Source: Omnitrophica WOR_2 bacterium RIFOXYA2_FULL_38_17
GTDB lineage: Bacteria > Omnitrophota > Gorgyraeia > Zapsychrales > Zapsychraceae
Reading direction: 5' to 3'
Length of the DNA: 64,000 nt
Assembly: GCA_001805965.1 (NCBI GenBank)
Contig: MHHG01000006.1
Coordinates: forward strand, 3,741-67,740
Positions 8,795 through 17,720 of this stretch are shown here, in pieces. The translations under genes were made by a program, and so were the position numbers. Within the stretch, counting starts at the first letter, position 1; each line of letters opens with the position of its first letter. The notes beneath the pieces are model-generated. The model saw only the letters and a list, made by a program, of their open reading frames with translations, made no database searches and was not told the DNA's origin.

Positions 8795-11491
8795 ATGGAC
8801 AAGAAATATGTTTATTTCTTCGGAGGCGGGCAGTCCGAAGGTAAAGCATCAATGAAAGATCTCTTAGGGGGAAAGGGCGCTAATTTGGCGGAGATGGCTA
8901 GCATTGGCGTTCCGGTACCTCCGGGTTTTACAATCACAACTGAAGTCTGTGAATATTACTACGCAAACGGACTAAAATATCCTGAAGGATTGGATGCTGA
9001 AATTGATCTGAATATCACAAAGCTTGAACAGACAATGGGCGCTCAGCTAGGTGGCAAGGAGAACCCTCTTTTAGTATCTGTTAGAAGCGGCGCGGCAGTC
9101 TCTATGCCGGGTATGATGGATACAGTTCTTAACCTGGGTATCAATGATGAGGCAGTAGTTGCACTTGCTAAGAAGACAAATAATGAAAGAATGGCTTGGG
9201 ATTCATACAGAAGATTCATCAATATGTTCGGGGATGTTTGTATGGGTGTTGACCATCATGATTTTGAAAAAGAATTAACAAGAATTAAGAAAAAATACAA
9301 GAGGAACTTGGATACAGATTTAACTGCCAACGAATTAAAAGAAGTTGTTGACGCTTATAAGGCTGTATATAAGAAACAAATTGGCAAAGGGTTCCCTACC
9401 AATGCACGTGAACAATTAACACATGCTATTAATGCTGTTGTTAAATCTTGGAATATTCCCAGAGCTGTTACTTACAGAAGAATCAATAAAATGGTCGGAT
9501 ACAAAGGAACAGCTGTTAATGTGCAGGCAATGGCTTTTGGCAACATGGGAGATAGTTCCGGAACAGGTGTTGCTTTTACAAGAAATCCCGCAAATGGAGA
9601 TAATGAGTTTTATGGTGAGTATCTGATCAATGCGCAAGGTGAAGATGTTGTTGCAGGGATCAGGACGCCAGACCCTATTTCCACATTGAAGAAGAAAATG
9701 CCTGATATTTACAAGGAGCTTGATGATATTCGCCTTAAGCTAGAACAGCATTACAGAAATATGCAGGATGTTGAGTTTACCATTCAGGAAGGAAAGCTTT
9801 TTATGCTTCAAACAAGAAATGGTAAGCGTACAGGTTTGGCTGCAGTTAAGATCGCAGTTGATATGGTTCAGTCAAAAATGATCACGCCTCAAGAAGGATT
9901 GATGAGAATTGACGGAGACCAGTTAAACCAGCTTCTTTTCCCTATATTTGACCTTAAAGTTAAAGCTGCTGCAATTGCAAAAAAGCAATGTGTTGCTAAA
10001 GGCTTGCCAGCAGGGCCTGGTGCGGCAAGCGGGCAAGTTGTTTTTACAGCTGATGATGCTGTGAAATGGGCTGGAAAAGGTAAGAAAGTTATTTTGGTTA
10101 GGCAAGACACCTCTCCTGAGGATGTTAGCGGTATGTGGGCAGCTGAAGCTATCCTTACATCAACAGGTGGGATGACATCACATGCAGCTGTTGTTGCACG
10201 TGGCTGGGGCAAATGTTGTGTTGCAGGTTGCGGCGCACTCGACATCTCTTGTAGTAGTAAAACTATCAAAGTTGACGGAAGAACGATCAAAGAAGGTGAT
10301 TTTATATCTATTGACGGTACGACAGGCGAAGTTATTTTAGGCAGTATTCAAACTTCAGCATCTCCTGTAGTTTCTGGCATTGTTGACGGCAATAAAACTG
10401 CTCTGAAGCATCCTATTTGTAAAATGTTCTTGGAGGTTATGAAATGGGCTGACGCAGAGCGCAAGATAAATGTAAGAACGAACGCTGATTCTCCTAAAGA
10501 TGCTGCATGTGCACGTGCTTTTGGGGCAGAAGGCATTGGGCTTACGCGTACAGAGCATATGTTCTTTGAAGGAGATAGAATATGGGCTATTCGTGAGATG
10601 ATCCTTGCTAGTGATTTAGCTGGACGTGAAGCAGCTCTAAAGAAATTGCTTCCTTATCAAAGAAAAGACTTTGAAGGCATCTTTAAGGCTATGAATGGAT
10701 TCCCTGTAACTATTCGCTTACTTGATCCACCGTTACATGAGTTCTTGCCACATGATGCAGCAGGTCAAAAAGAGATGGCAAAGCGATTGAATACTACTCC
10801 TGCAAAGGTTAAGGCTAAAGTTGATTCTCTTCATGAATTCAATCCTATGTTAGGCCATAGGGGCTGCCGTCTTTCAATTACATTTCCTGAGATCTGTAAA
10901 ATGCAGACACGGGCGATAATTGAAGCTGCATGTAATGTTGCCAGCAAAGATGTAAAAGTTCTGCCTGAGATCATGATCCCTTTGATCGGAACAAAAGAGG
11001 AATATGATATTCTTGAAGTAATTGTGCGTGAAACAGCAGATGCGATTATCAAAGCCAAGCAATCAAAAATAAAATACATGGTTGGTACTATGATGGAAAT
11101 TCCTCGCGCAACATTAGTAGCTGATAAAGTTGCTGAAAAAGCGGAATTTTTCTCATTTGGTACTAATGACCTTACTCAAATGACATTGGGTTTTAGCCGT
11201 GATGATATCGGGACATTCTTGCCAGATTACATAGAAAAAAAGATCTTCATGGATGATCCTTTTGCGTCTATTGATCAAACAGGTGTCGGCGAGCTTGTCA
11301 AGATCGGTGTTGAGAGAGGAAGAGCAACACGTCCAAATCTTAAAATAGGTGTTTGCGGTGAGCACGGTGGCGATCCTGCATCGGTTAAGTTCTTTGCACG
11401 GGTTGGATTGAACTATGTCAGCTGTTCACCTTTTAGAGTTCCCATTGCAAGATTGGCTGCTGCCCAAGCTGCTTTGGAACAAAAGAAATAA
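8795..11491 (+). CDS. ppdK: Pyruvate, phosphate dikinase
   Basis: LLGGKGANLAEM, SMPGMMDTVLNLG, GGMTSHAAVVARG (phospho-His) and FSFGTNDLTQ motifs. Confidence 0.98.
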   Translation: MDKKYVYFFGGGQSEGKASMKDLLGGKGANLAEMASIGVPVPPGFTITTEVCEYYYANGLKYPEGLDAEIDLNITKLEQTMGAQLGGKENPLLVSVRSGAAVSMPGMMDTVLNLGINDEAVVALAKKTNNERMAWDSYRRFINMFGDVCMGVDHHDFEKELTRIKKKYKRNLDTDLTANELKEVVDAYKAVYKKQIGKGFPTNAREQLTHAINAVVKSWNIPRAVTYRRINKMVGYKGTAVNVQAMAFGNMGDSSGTGVAFTRNPANGDNEFYGEYLINAQGEDVVAGIRTPDPISTLKKKMPDIYKELDDIRLKLEQHYRNMQDVEFTIQEGKLFMLQTRNGKRTGLAAVKIAVDMVQSKMITPQEGLMRIDGDQLNQLLFPIFDLKVKAAAIAKKQCVAKGLPAGPGAASGQVVFTADDAVKWAGKGKKVILVRQDTSPEDVSGMWAAEAILTSTGGMTSHAAVVARGWGKCCVAGCGALDISCSSKTIKVDGRTIKEGDFISIDGTTGEVILGSIQTSASPVVSGIVDGNKTALKHPICKMFLEVMKWADAERKINVRTNADSPKDAACARAFGAEGIGLTRTEHMFFEGDRIWAIREMILASDLAGREAALKKLLPYQRKDFEGIFKAMNGFPVTIRLLDPPLHEFLPHDAAGQKEMAKRLNTTPAKVKAKVDSLHEFNPMLGHRGCRLSITFPEICKMQTRAIIEAACNVASKDVKVLPEIMIPLIGTKEEYDILEVIVRETADAIIKAKQSKIKYMVGTMMEIPRATLVADKVAEKAEFFSFGTNDLTQMTLGFSRDDIGTFLPDYIEKKIFMDDPFASIDQTGVGELVKIGVERGRATRPNLKIGVCGEHGGDPASVKFFARVGLNYVSCSPFRVPIARLAAAQAALEQKK

Positions 11492-11542
11492 AATACTAGC
11501 GCTATTAGATGGTTCAGTGCTAGACTACTAATTCGAAAAACA

Positions 11543-11611
11543 ATCCTAGATCCTGATCTTGAAGTTTGAGTACGGGTAAAAGATCTGGATTTTGAGATCA
11601 GGATTTAGGAT
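11543..11611 (+). repeat. Long imperfect inverted repeat (stem-loop) upstream of the sigma factor gene
   Basis: ATCCTAGATCCTGATCTTGAA pairs with TTTGAGATCAGGATTTAGGAT; the mismatches are G-U compatible on the + strand. Confidence 0.7.
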
Positions 11612-11640
11612 AAATTTTAGATACCACATTACTCTATATT

Positions 11641-12462
11641 ATGGATCCAATAAAGGCATACCTAAAAGATATTAGACCGATTCCGCTTTTAACAGCTGAA
11701 GAGGAAATTGATTTATCGAAGAAAATCCAAAAGGGTGACATGGAAGCACGCGAGAAAATGATACGTTCGAATCTGCGTTTGGTTATCAGTATCGCAAAGA
11801 GGTATGTTAACCTTGGAGTTCCTTTAAGCGATCTCATTGAAGAGGGAAATATTGGCTTGATGCGTAGTGTTGAAAAATTCGATCCCGCGAAAGGCTTTCG
11901 TTTTTCAACATATGCGGCATGGTGGATAAGGCAAGGGATTTCACGCGCAGTTATTGATCAGGGGAAAATGATAAGAGTTCCGGTTTACATGAATGAAGAG
12001 ATCTTTAAGTATAAAAAGGCAATAGAGCATCTGACGCATAAGCTTAATAGAAGGCCGATTGCTAGTGAAATAGCGAAGAAGCTGAAAGTTAATGTTGATA
12101 GGATTAGAGAGCTAGAGAACTCAATAGCAAAAATATCAAGCCTTGATGCACCTATTGGTGAGGATGGCGATGGTATGGTAAAAGATATTATTGAAGATGA
12201 TAATATAATTGGCGCTGATGAGCAGCTAGAAACCTTTTTTGCAAAAGAACGTACAACCGGCTTTCTTGAAATGCTTAATGAGAGAGAAAGAAAGATAATA
12301 GATCTGCGCTATGGTTTAACTAATGGGAATACTCACACGCTTGCTGAGATAGCTGATGTTTTAGGTGTGTCGCGTGAACGAGTTCGTCAGATTGAAGCTG
12401 CAACAATAAAGAAGATAAAAGCTATCATTGAGCAGAAAAATAGCGAAATGAGTGAAGAATAG
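11641..12462 (+). CDS. RNA polymerase sigma-70 factor (RpoD/RpoS-like, lacking region 1.1)
   Basis: [41 protein letters not shown] and SRERVRQIE motifs. Confidence 0.93.
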   Translation: MDPIKAYLKDIRPIPLLTAEEEIDLSKKIQKGDMEAREKMIRSNLRLVISIAKRYVNLGVPLSDLIEEGNIGLMRSVEKFDPAKGFRFSTYAAWWIRQGISRAVIDQGKMIRVPVYMNEEIFKYKKAIEHLTHKLNRRPIASEIAKKLKVNVDRIRELENSIAKISSLDAPIGEDGDGMVKDIIEDDNIIGADEQLETFFAKERTTGFLEMLNERERKIIDLRYGLTNGNTHTLAEIADVLGVSRERVRQIEAATIKKIKAIIEQKNSEMSEE

Positions 12463-12470
12463 TTTTTCCT

Positions 12471-12520
12471 GGGGCATGCACCTATTTATTAAAAAAATTT
12501 GTTTAATAGGTGTGTGCCCT
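12471..12520. repeat. Inverted repeat or REP-like hairpin
   Basis: GGGCATGCACCTATT ... AATAGGTGTGTGCCC. Confidence 0.6.
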
Positions 12521-12558
12521 CTTGATTTTAAAGCTAATTAATTAAAAGGAGAGATGAT

Positions 12559-13080
12559 ATGGATAAAAATGATTTGAAAAAAATTATAAGAGATATTCCA
12601 GATTTTCCCAAAAAAGGAATTATTTTTAAAGATATCACTACTTTGTTGAAGGACAAAGACGCTCTTAGGGTGGCTATAGATGCTCTAGCTGAAAAATATA
12701 AAGGGCAAGAAATAGACGCTGTTATAGGTATTGAAGCCCGCGGTTTTATTTTTGGCACGGCTTTAGCCTATAAGTTAGGCACTGGATTTATACCTGTTCG
12801 AAAAAAAGGCAAGTTGCCGTATAAGACAAAAAAAGTGACTTATGATCTTGAGTATGGCACAGATACTTTAGAGATTCATGAAGATGCTTTATCTAAAGAT
12901 TCTAAGGTTTTAATAGTTGACGATTTATTGGCTACCGGAGGTACGGTAAGTGCTGTTGCAAAATTAGTTAAAGGTCAGGGAGCTTCTATTGTTGGAGTGG
13001 CATTTTTAGTTGAGCTTGGTTTTTTAAATGGAAGAGAGAAATTAGGAAAACTTCCAGTTCATTCGATCATTACTTATTAG
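12559..13080 (+). CDS. apt: Adenine phosphoribosyltransferase
   Basis: [30 protein letters not shown] and [10 protein letters not shown] motifs. Confidence 0.97.
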   Translation: MDKNDLKKIIRDIPDFPKKGIIFKDITTLLKDKDALRVAIDALAEKYKGQEIDAVIGIEARGFIFGTALAYKLGTGFIPVRKKGKLPYKTKKVTYDLEYGTDTLEIHEDALSKDSKVLIVDDLLATGGTVSAVAKLVKGQGASIVGVAFLVELGFLNGREKLGKLPVHSIITY

Positions 13081-13118
13081 GCTGATTTAGTAAAAGACTG
13101 GCCAGTTTGAATAAATTT

Positions 13119-13192
13119 GCGCCTGTAACTCAGATGGACAGAGTGCGTCCCTCCTAAGGACGAAGTCGGAGGTTCGAATCCGCCCAGGCGCA
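13119..13192 (+). tRNA. tRNA-Arg (anticodon CCT), CCA not encoded
   Basis: Acceptor stem GCGCCTG/CAGGCGC, anticodon arm CGTCC-CTCCTAA-GGACG, GGTTCGAATCC T-loop. Confidence 0.93.
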
Positions 13193-13194
13193 TT

Positions 13195-13230
13195 AAAAAG
13201 AATTCCCTTTTTAGGGAATTCTTTTTTTTT
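13195..13230. terminator. Intrinsic terminator (bidirectional form)
   Basis: AAAAAGAATTCCCT...AGGGAATTCTTTTTTTTT. Confidence 0.85.
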
Positions 13231-13593
13231 GTAAGCGAAGGCAATTTATCAGAAAAAAATCCGCATGTTTAGCAGAAACAATAAGGCTTTTCAATTATCT
13301 TAATATCTTTAATCGTAATAATCTAAAAATTAAATTAAACAAAAGGGAAGAAGACATAAATAAGTTCTAGTTTGTTTAATTAGTTTGTTTTAATTTGTGC
13401 CTGCTGGTAAGAGGGCAACAAGAGATTCGTATGTGCCGACGGTAAACAATGTTTTAAAATATAAAAATAAATGAAATTGTGTTTTGAATAAATCCAATGT
13501 TTGGTATGATTAAATAGCATCCAAAAAAAATACTGATCAACGTTATAGTGTATACAGTTTATTACTCCATTAAAAATTTCATTAAAAAGAACA

Positions 13594-14196
13594 ATGAACA
13601 GAGAAGAAATTTACGACCATCTCGCTCAGGTATATTTGGGCAAAAGAAAAGAAGTTGATGTTAAGAAAAAGCGTCAAAAAAACGCATGGTTGCTTGTGAA
13701 CATTTTCATTTCCGTATTAATATTTACTAGTGCAATTTGGGGGTTTACGGCTTTTTTAACGCAGAGGGGAACATCTCTTCAGAGTAATGTGATTTTTTCA
13801 TTAAATCGCGGACCAATAAGTGTTGATTATAATTTCAAAGATACATTTTCTCCTGAAAAAACATTTTCTTTGGTTGTTCCAGACATGGATGTTTCGAAAT
13901 ATCAGGCTATTGAGTTTTCAATTAGAGGTAAAGAAGAGGGTACTCCTGGAGTAGTTAAAATTGTTATTGCTAATGAAAAGAATGAGACTGCCTCATATTA
14001 TGTTCAAGGCGTGAATCTGAAGTGGCAGGATATTAATATTCCTTTGAGTGAATTTAAGCAGATTACTGATTGGTCAAGCTTGACAGATATTTCTTTTGTT
14101 TTAGAGGTTTGGAATGTTGATGATAAAAAGGGAATTATTCTTATAGAAGATGTTCGTTTTTCAGGTGCTTATGATGCGAGTGCTTCAAAGGTATAG
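13594..14196 (+). CDS. Single-pass membrane protein with a C-terminal carbohydrate-binding (CBM11/galactose-binding-like) domain
   Basis: One TM helix, then DVSKYQAIEFSIRG...WQDINIPLSEF...DWSSLTDISFV...GIILIEDVRF, a pattern typical of CBM11-like beta-sandwiches. Confidence 0.65.
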   Translation: MNREEIYDHLAQVYLGKRKEVDVKKKRQKNAWLLVNIFISVLIFTSAIWGFTAFLTQRGTSLQSNVIFSLNRGPISVDYNFKDTFSPEKTFSLVVPDMDVSKYQAIEFSIRGKEEGTPGVVKIVIANEKNETASYYVQGVNLKWQDINIPLSEFKQITDWSSLTDISFVLEVWNVDDKKGIILIEDVRFSGAYDASASKV

Positions 14197-14237
14197 AAGA
14201 AAACAAGCTTTTGGGTAGAGAAAGGGGATAAAAAAGC

Positions 14238-15368
14238 ATGAAGATTATTTCAATTGCCAATCAAAAAGGGGGATGTGGGAAAACTACTACAGCTATTAAT
14301 TTAGCTTCTGCGCTCGGAGTGAATGGCAAAAAAGTACTGTTAATTGATCTGGACCCGCAAGCACATGCTACTCTAGGATTGAACGTTGAAAGTCAGGATA
14401 GCATATATAATGTTATATCAAAATTGACCCCCAGAAAATTAAAGATTGAAGATATTATAAAGCCAGTTGAGGATAATTTTGATATAGTTCCTTCAAATAT
14501 TCTAGTTGGGACCCTTGAACAAGAATTATCTGATGAAATTGGTAGAGAGCTTAAGTTATATGAGGTCGTATCTGGTATTAGGAAAAAATATGACTATATT
14601 CTGATCGACTGTCCTCCAAGTTTAGGTATTCTCACTGTAAACTCGATCCGGGTCAGCGATGAAGTAATGGTTCCTGTTGAAACAAGCAGATTCTCTATGC
14701 AGGGCGTGGACCATATTATGGATATTATTAATTTGATCAGAGAGCGTTTATACCATCAAGTCAAATGTAAGATTCTAATTACTATGTTTGATTCAAGATT
14801 AAGGCATTCATTTTCAATGTTAGGCGCTTTTAAAGAGAAATTTGGCACACTGCTTTACGATACTATTATTCATGTGAATGTCAAATTAAAAGAATCAGTC
14901 GTTATTGGTAAGACAGTAGCAGCTTTTGATAAATATTGTCGAGGTTCAAAGGATTATAATTCTTTAAGTAAGGAAATTATTTTCTTGGATAGTCAGAATG
15001 AGGAAGAACAGGAGCTGGCTCAAGAGAGGTCAGTTTTCAGGCCTTTATCTAATAAGATGAAAGAGACAGTAAAAGCTGAAGCTAAGCAGTTCTATGTTAC
15101 CAGGTTTGCTATTGAAGCGCCTGAAGCAAGAACAGTATATGTAACTGGAAGTTTTAATGATTGGTCATTAAATGATACCTGTCGTTTGAATTCAGTGAAT
15201 GGAAATTGGTTTGTAGATATCCCTTTGAAGCCTGGTGTTTATGAATATCAGTTTATTGTTGATGGGGTTTGGAAGGAAGATCCAGCTAATTGCAGAAAAG
15301 AAAGAAACCCATATGGTGATGATAATTCACTAATTGAGGTTACTGCTGATCAGGCTATAAATGTTTAA
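14238..15368 (+). CDS. ParA/Soj-family ATPase fused to a C-terminal CBM48 (AMPK-beta-type glycogen-binding) domain
   Basis: NQKGGCGKTTT deviant Walker A, DLDPQ and IDCPPSLG; C-terminus APEARTVYVTGSFNDW...PGVYEYQFIVDGVWKEDP...NPYG.DNS. Confidence 0.9.
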   Translation: MKIISIANQKGGCGKTTTAINLASALGVNGKKVLLIDLDPQAHATLGLNVESQDSIYNVISKLTPRKLKIEDIIKPVEDNFDIVPSNILVGTLEQELSDEIGRELKLYEVVSGIRKKYDYILIDCPPSLGILTVNSIRVSDEVMVPVETSRFSMQGVDHIMDIINLIRERLYHQVKCKILITMFDSRLRHSFSMLGAFKEKFGTLLYDTIIHVNVKLKESVVIGKTVAAFDKYCRGSKDYNSLSKEIIFLDSQNEEEQELAQERSVFRPLSNKMKETVKAEAKQFYVTRFAIEAPEARTVYVTGSFNDWSLNDTCRLNSVNGNWFVDIPLKPGVYEYQFIVDGVWKEDPANCRKERNPYGDDNSLIEVTADQAINV

Positions 15369-15404
15369 CAATTAAATTAGTGAATTGATTATTTCCAATA
15401 TAAT

Positions 15405-15728
15405 ATGAGCAAAAGAATTTCAAATGACGACCCTCAAGTAGTTGATGGTAAAATCTTCGCAGTACTGTCCTACCTTTCTATACTTTGTATAATCCCATTA
15501 ATCCTAAAAAAAGATAATGAATTTGTTCTCAAGCATGGAAAACAAGGGCTTGTCATATTTGTTTCAGAGGTTGCTGTTTTTATTCTCAGCATTGTTTTTC
15601 CATGGATATTTAAATTCGGCATGTTTCTTTTGCTAATAATGTCTTTTATAGGTATTGTTGCTGTTCTAGAAGGGAAATATACAAGGCTTCCTTTTGTTGC
15701 AGATATAGCAGATTCAATTGTTCTATAG
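15405..15728 (+). CDS. Tic20/DUF4870/MamF-like small membrane protein
   Basis: AVLSYLSILCIIPL...NEFVLKHGKQGLV...LEGKYTRLPF. Confidence 0.7.
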   Translation: MSKRISNDDPQVVDGKIFAVLSYLSILCIIPLILKKDNEFVLKHGKQGLVIFVSEVAVFILSIVFPWIFKFGMFLLLIMSFIGIVAVLEGKYTRLPFVADIADSIVL

Positions 15729-15831
15729 TCTTTTACAGTAGAACAGCCCATATAATCTTAATTAATCTTTTGAACAGTTCTAATGGAATAGCTGTGTTTT
15801 CTTGCGGCTTTTTTGAAAGCTAAGGAATTTT

Positions 15832-16419
15832 ATGGTTTTAGACAGTATTCTTGATGCAATAAAAAATTTATTAACAGGGGGTAATTCTAAAAGAAAAAGA
15901 ATTTCTCGCAAAGTAATTAAGAAAAAGCCAAATAGTAATAAACCGTCCTTGCCAAAAAAAAATCCTAAAAAAACACCAAAGAATAAGTCTGCGGTAAAAA
16001 AGAAAACTATTATCAAGAAAAAGAAAGTTGTTGTTAACCGCTCTAAGCCTGAATTGCGAAAGAAGCCTGTTGCAAAGAAAACGTCTCCCGTAAAATTAAG
16101 AAATAAGCCGAAGGTATCTAAGAAGGTAGTAAAAAGTAAAACAGCTATAGAAGAAGCGAAAGGAGAGTTAGTTGGAGAGATCACCCATTTTTTTTCCCGT
16201 ATAAGTGTTATCGTGGTGAAAATAGTTTATGGAAAGCTGTCGGTTGGTGATGAGATAAGGATAAAAGGTAAAGTAACAAACTTTGTGCAAAAGGTTGATT
16301 CACTGCAATTAGAAAGCATTGATGTTAAGGTTGTAAAGAAGGGGCAGATTGTAGGGTTACAAGTCAAAAAAATAGCTAAGGTGGGAGACAGGGTCTTTAG
16401 GTTAAAAAAATTTAGATAG
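15832..16419 (+). CDS. Lys-rich N-terminus plus a C-terminal EF-Tu domain-2-like beta-barrel protein
   Basis: About 100 aa of K/P/V-rich sequence, then VGEITHFFSRISV...LSVGDEIRIKG..TNF.QKVDSLQ. Confidence 0.65.
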   Translation: MVLDSILDAIKNLLTGGNSKRKRISRKVIKKKPNSNKPSLPKKNPKKTPKNKSAVKKKTIIKKKKVVVNRSKPELRKKPVAKKTSPVKLRNKPKVSKKVVKSKTAIEEAKGELVGEITHFFSRISVIVVKIVYGKLSVGDEIRIKGKVTNFVQKVDSLQLESIDVKVVKKGQIVGLQVKKIAKVGDRVFRLKKFR

Positions 16420-16475
16420 CACATTTCTAGGGAAGGGTTGCTGTACAAACATTATTAGTTATGGTATATTTTGAT

Positions 16476-16504
16476 TAGACTTAGCATAGTGCTAAATTTA
16501 TAAT
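16476..16504 (+). promoter_or_regulatory. Putative sigma70 promoter with a palindromic operator in the spacer
   Basis: TAGACT-N17-TATAAT; the promoter contains TTAGCA-TAG-TGCTAA. Confidence 0.55.
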
Positions 16505-16535
16505 AATTTGATATTAATAGAAGCTGGGAAATAGA

Positions 16536-16778
16536 ATGCTAAAAGTAATAAGAACAAGACAAAAAAGAACATGTCGGTCAGGTCAAAATGCTATTGAATA
16601 TATGCTTGTGCTTTGTATCGTAATAATTTCCCTGCTGGCTATAGCAGGTCCTAAAGGGCCTTTTTTTCGTTCGTTGAATTATACTTTGTTTACTACTCAG
16701 AATGTAATAGAGCAGATGGCCCATAATATTTATTATAATGTTTATGCAGAGCCCGGCACTTTAACGGTAGAGCCTTAA
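16536..16778 (+). CDS. Flp/Tad-type pilin-like protein (class III signal peptide)
   Basis: Basic leader, G|QNAIEY (E+5, Y+6), then a hydrophobic helix. Confidence 0.65.
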   Translation: MLKVIRTRQKRTCRSGQNAIEYMLVLCIVIISLLAIAGPKGPFFRSLNYTLFTTQNVIEQMAHNIYYNVYAEPGTLTVEP

Positions 16779-16790
16779 TTTAATAAATCA

Positions 16791-17219
16791 ATGGTACAAA
16801 TTAAAAAAAAAGAAAAAGACCTGACGCGTAGGTATTTAATTTGGTGTTATAAAACAACAAAAGAATCATTGGATAGGATTGAAAGATATTATACTCAAAT
16901 TCCTGTGGATCATTATTTGTTGAAACAATTAAAATGTTCAAAGGATTTCAGAGGATCTAAATCCAATGTGAAGTATAAAGGGTTTGTGAATGATTTTGAG
17001 AAATATATAGATACCAAAAAAAAGAATGTTGATGCTAAGAAATTTACTGATTTGCAATGTAAGACTTTAGACCCGGAATATATGTATCTTAAGGAAAGAT
17101 TTGTTGCAATTGAAAAAGCTATTGTTTATTTTCTTGGCAATAAAGAGCTATCAAAGATAAATAATCTTTATGAGACTGAGATGATCGGGCGAATTTTAAA
17201 TGCTAGGGAACATTCTTAG
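16791..17219 (+). CDS. Hypothetical protein
   Basis: 142-aa ORF directly after the pilin gene, followed by a terminator. Confidence 0.6.
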   Translation: MVQIKKKEKDLTRRYLIWCYKTTKESLDRIERYYTQIPVDHYLLKQLKCSKDFRGSKSNVKYKGFVNDFEKYIDTKKKNVDAKKFTDLQCKTLDPEYMYLKERFVAIEKAIVYFLGNKELSKINNLYETEMIGRILNAREHS

Positions 17220-17258
17220 CGGGTGGAATCTTTGGGCTTTACGCTGTTTCTAGAAAAC

Positions 17259-17289
17259 AAAAAGCTGCCTTATATAAGGCAGCTTTTTT
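17259..17289. terminator. Bidirectional intrinsic terminator
   Basis: AAAAAGCTGCCTTATATAAGGCAGCTTTTTT between convergent genes. Confidence 0.85.
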
Positions 17290-17317
17290 ATGAGCTTATA
17301 AGCGACTTGTAATGTTG

Positions 17318-17554
17318 TTATCTGCTATTGAAAGCACGCATTCTATCTTCTCGTTCTTCTTTAAGTTTTTTTTCACGTGCTTTTAGATCTAGGATCTTTT
17401 GTTTTTGTGCGCTAATTTTATTGGCATTATCTGTCTTTTCAATTTTAGGCGTAGAGCTGAAAGACTTTTTAATCAGCTTTATGACGCCAAAAGACAGCGC
17501 ACCAAAAACAACAATTCCAAGAACTAAATAAATTATTCCATCATTATCTTTCAT
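17318..17554 (-). CDS. Small single-TM protein with a charged coiled tail
   Basis: N-terminal TM segment then a K/E-rich tail; ends before the bidirectional terminator. Confidence 0.6.
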   Translation of the reverse strand: MKDNDGIIYLVLGIVVFGALSFGVIKLIKKSFSSTPKIEKTDNANKISAQKQKILDLKAREKKLKEEREDRMRAFNSR

Positions 17555-17720
17555 AATAATTTAATTATAAATGTTAATTAATGATACAGCAAATAAATTA
17601 TTGAGAAAGATAATGATGGTAGAATAGCTATCGGATTGTTATAATGATTCAAAAATAAACAGCTGATATGAAGTAAAGTTTATTAAAAGAATGAATTCAT
17701 ATTAATGGGAGAAAAGGAAT

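Noticed and set aside
13168-13184. A-G mismatch in the tRNA-Arg T-stem suggesting a pseudo-tRNA
   Set aside because: All other arms and conserved bases are intact and a terminator follows; a single mismatch is tolerated.
13395-13445. GC-richer patch in an AT-rich spacer as a possible riboswitch
   Set aside because: Only a weak hairpin is present, and I recognise no aptamer consensus.
15405-15728. Magnetosome island
   Set aside because: No mamA, B, E, K, M or Q-like genes are in the window; one MamF-like gene is insufficient.
16481-16495. CIRCE (HrcA) element
   Set aside because: It shares TTAGCA/TGCTAA ends but lacks the full 9-bp arms and 9-nt spacer, and no chaperone gene follows.
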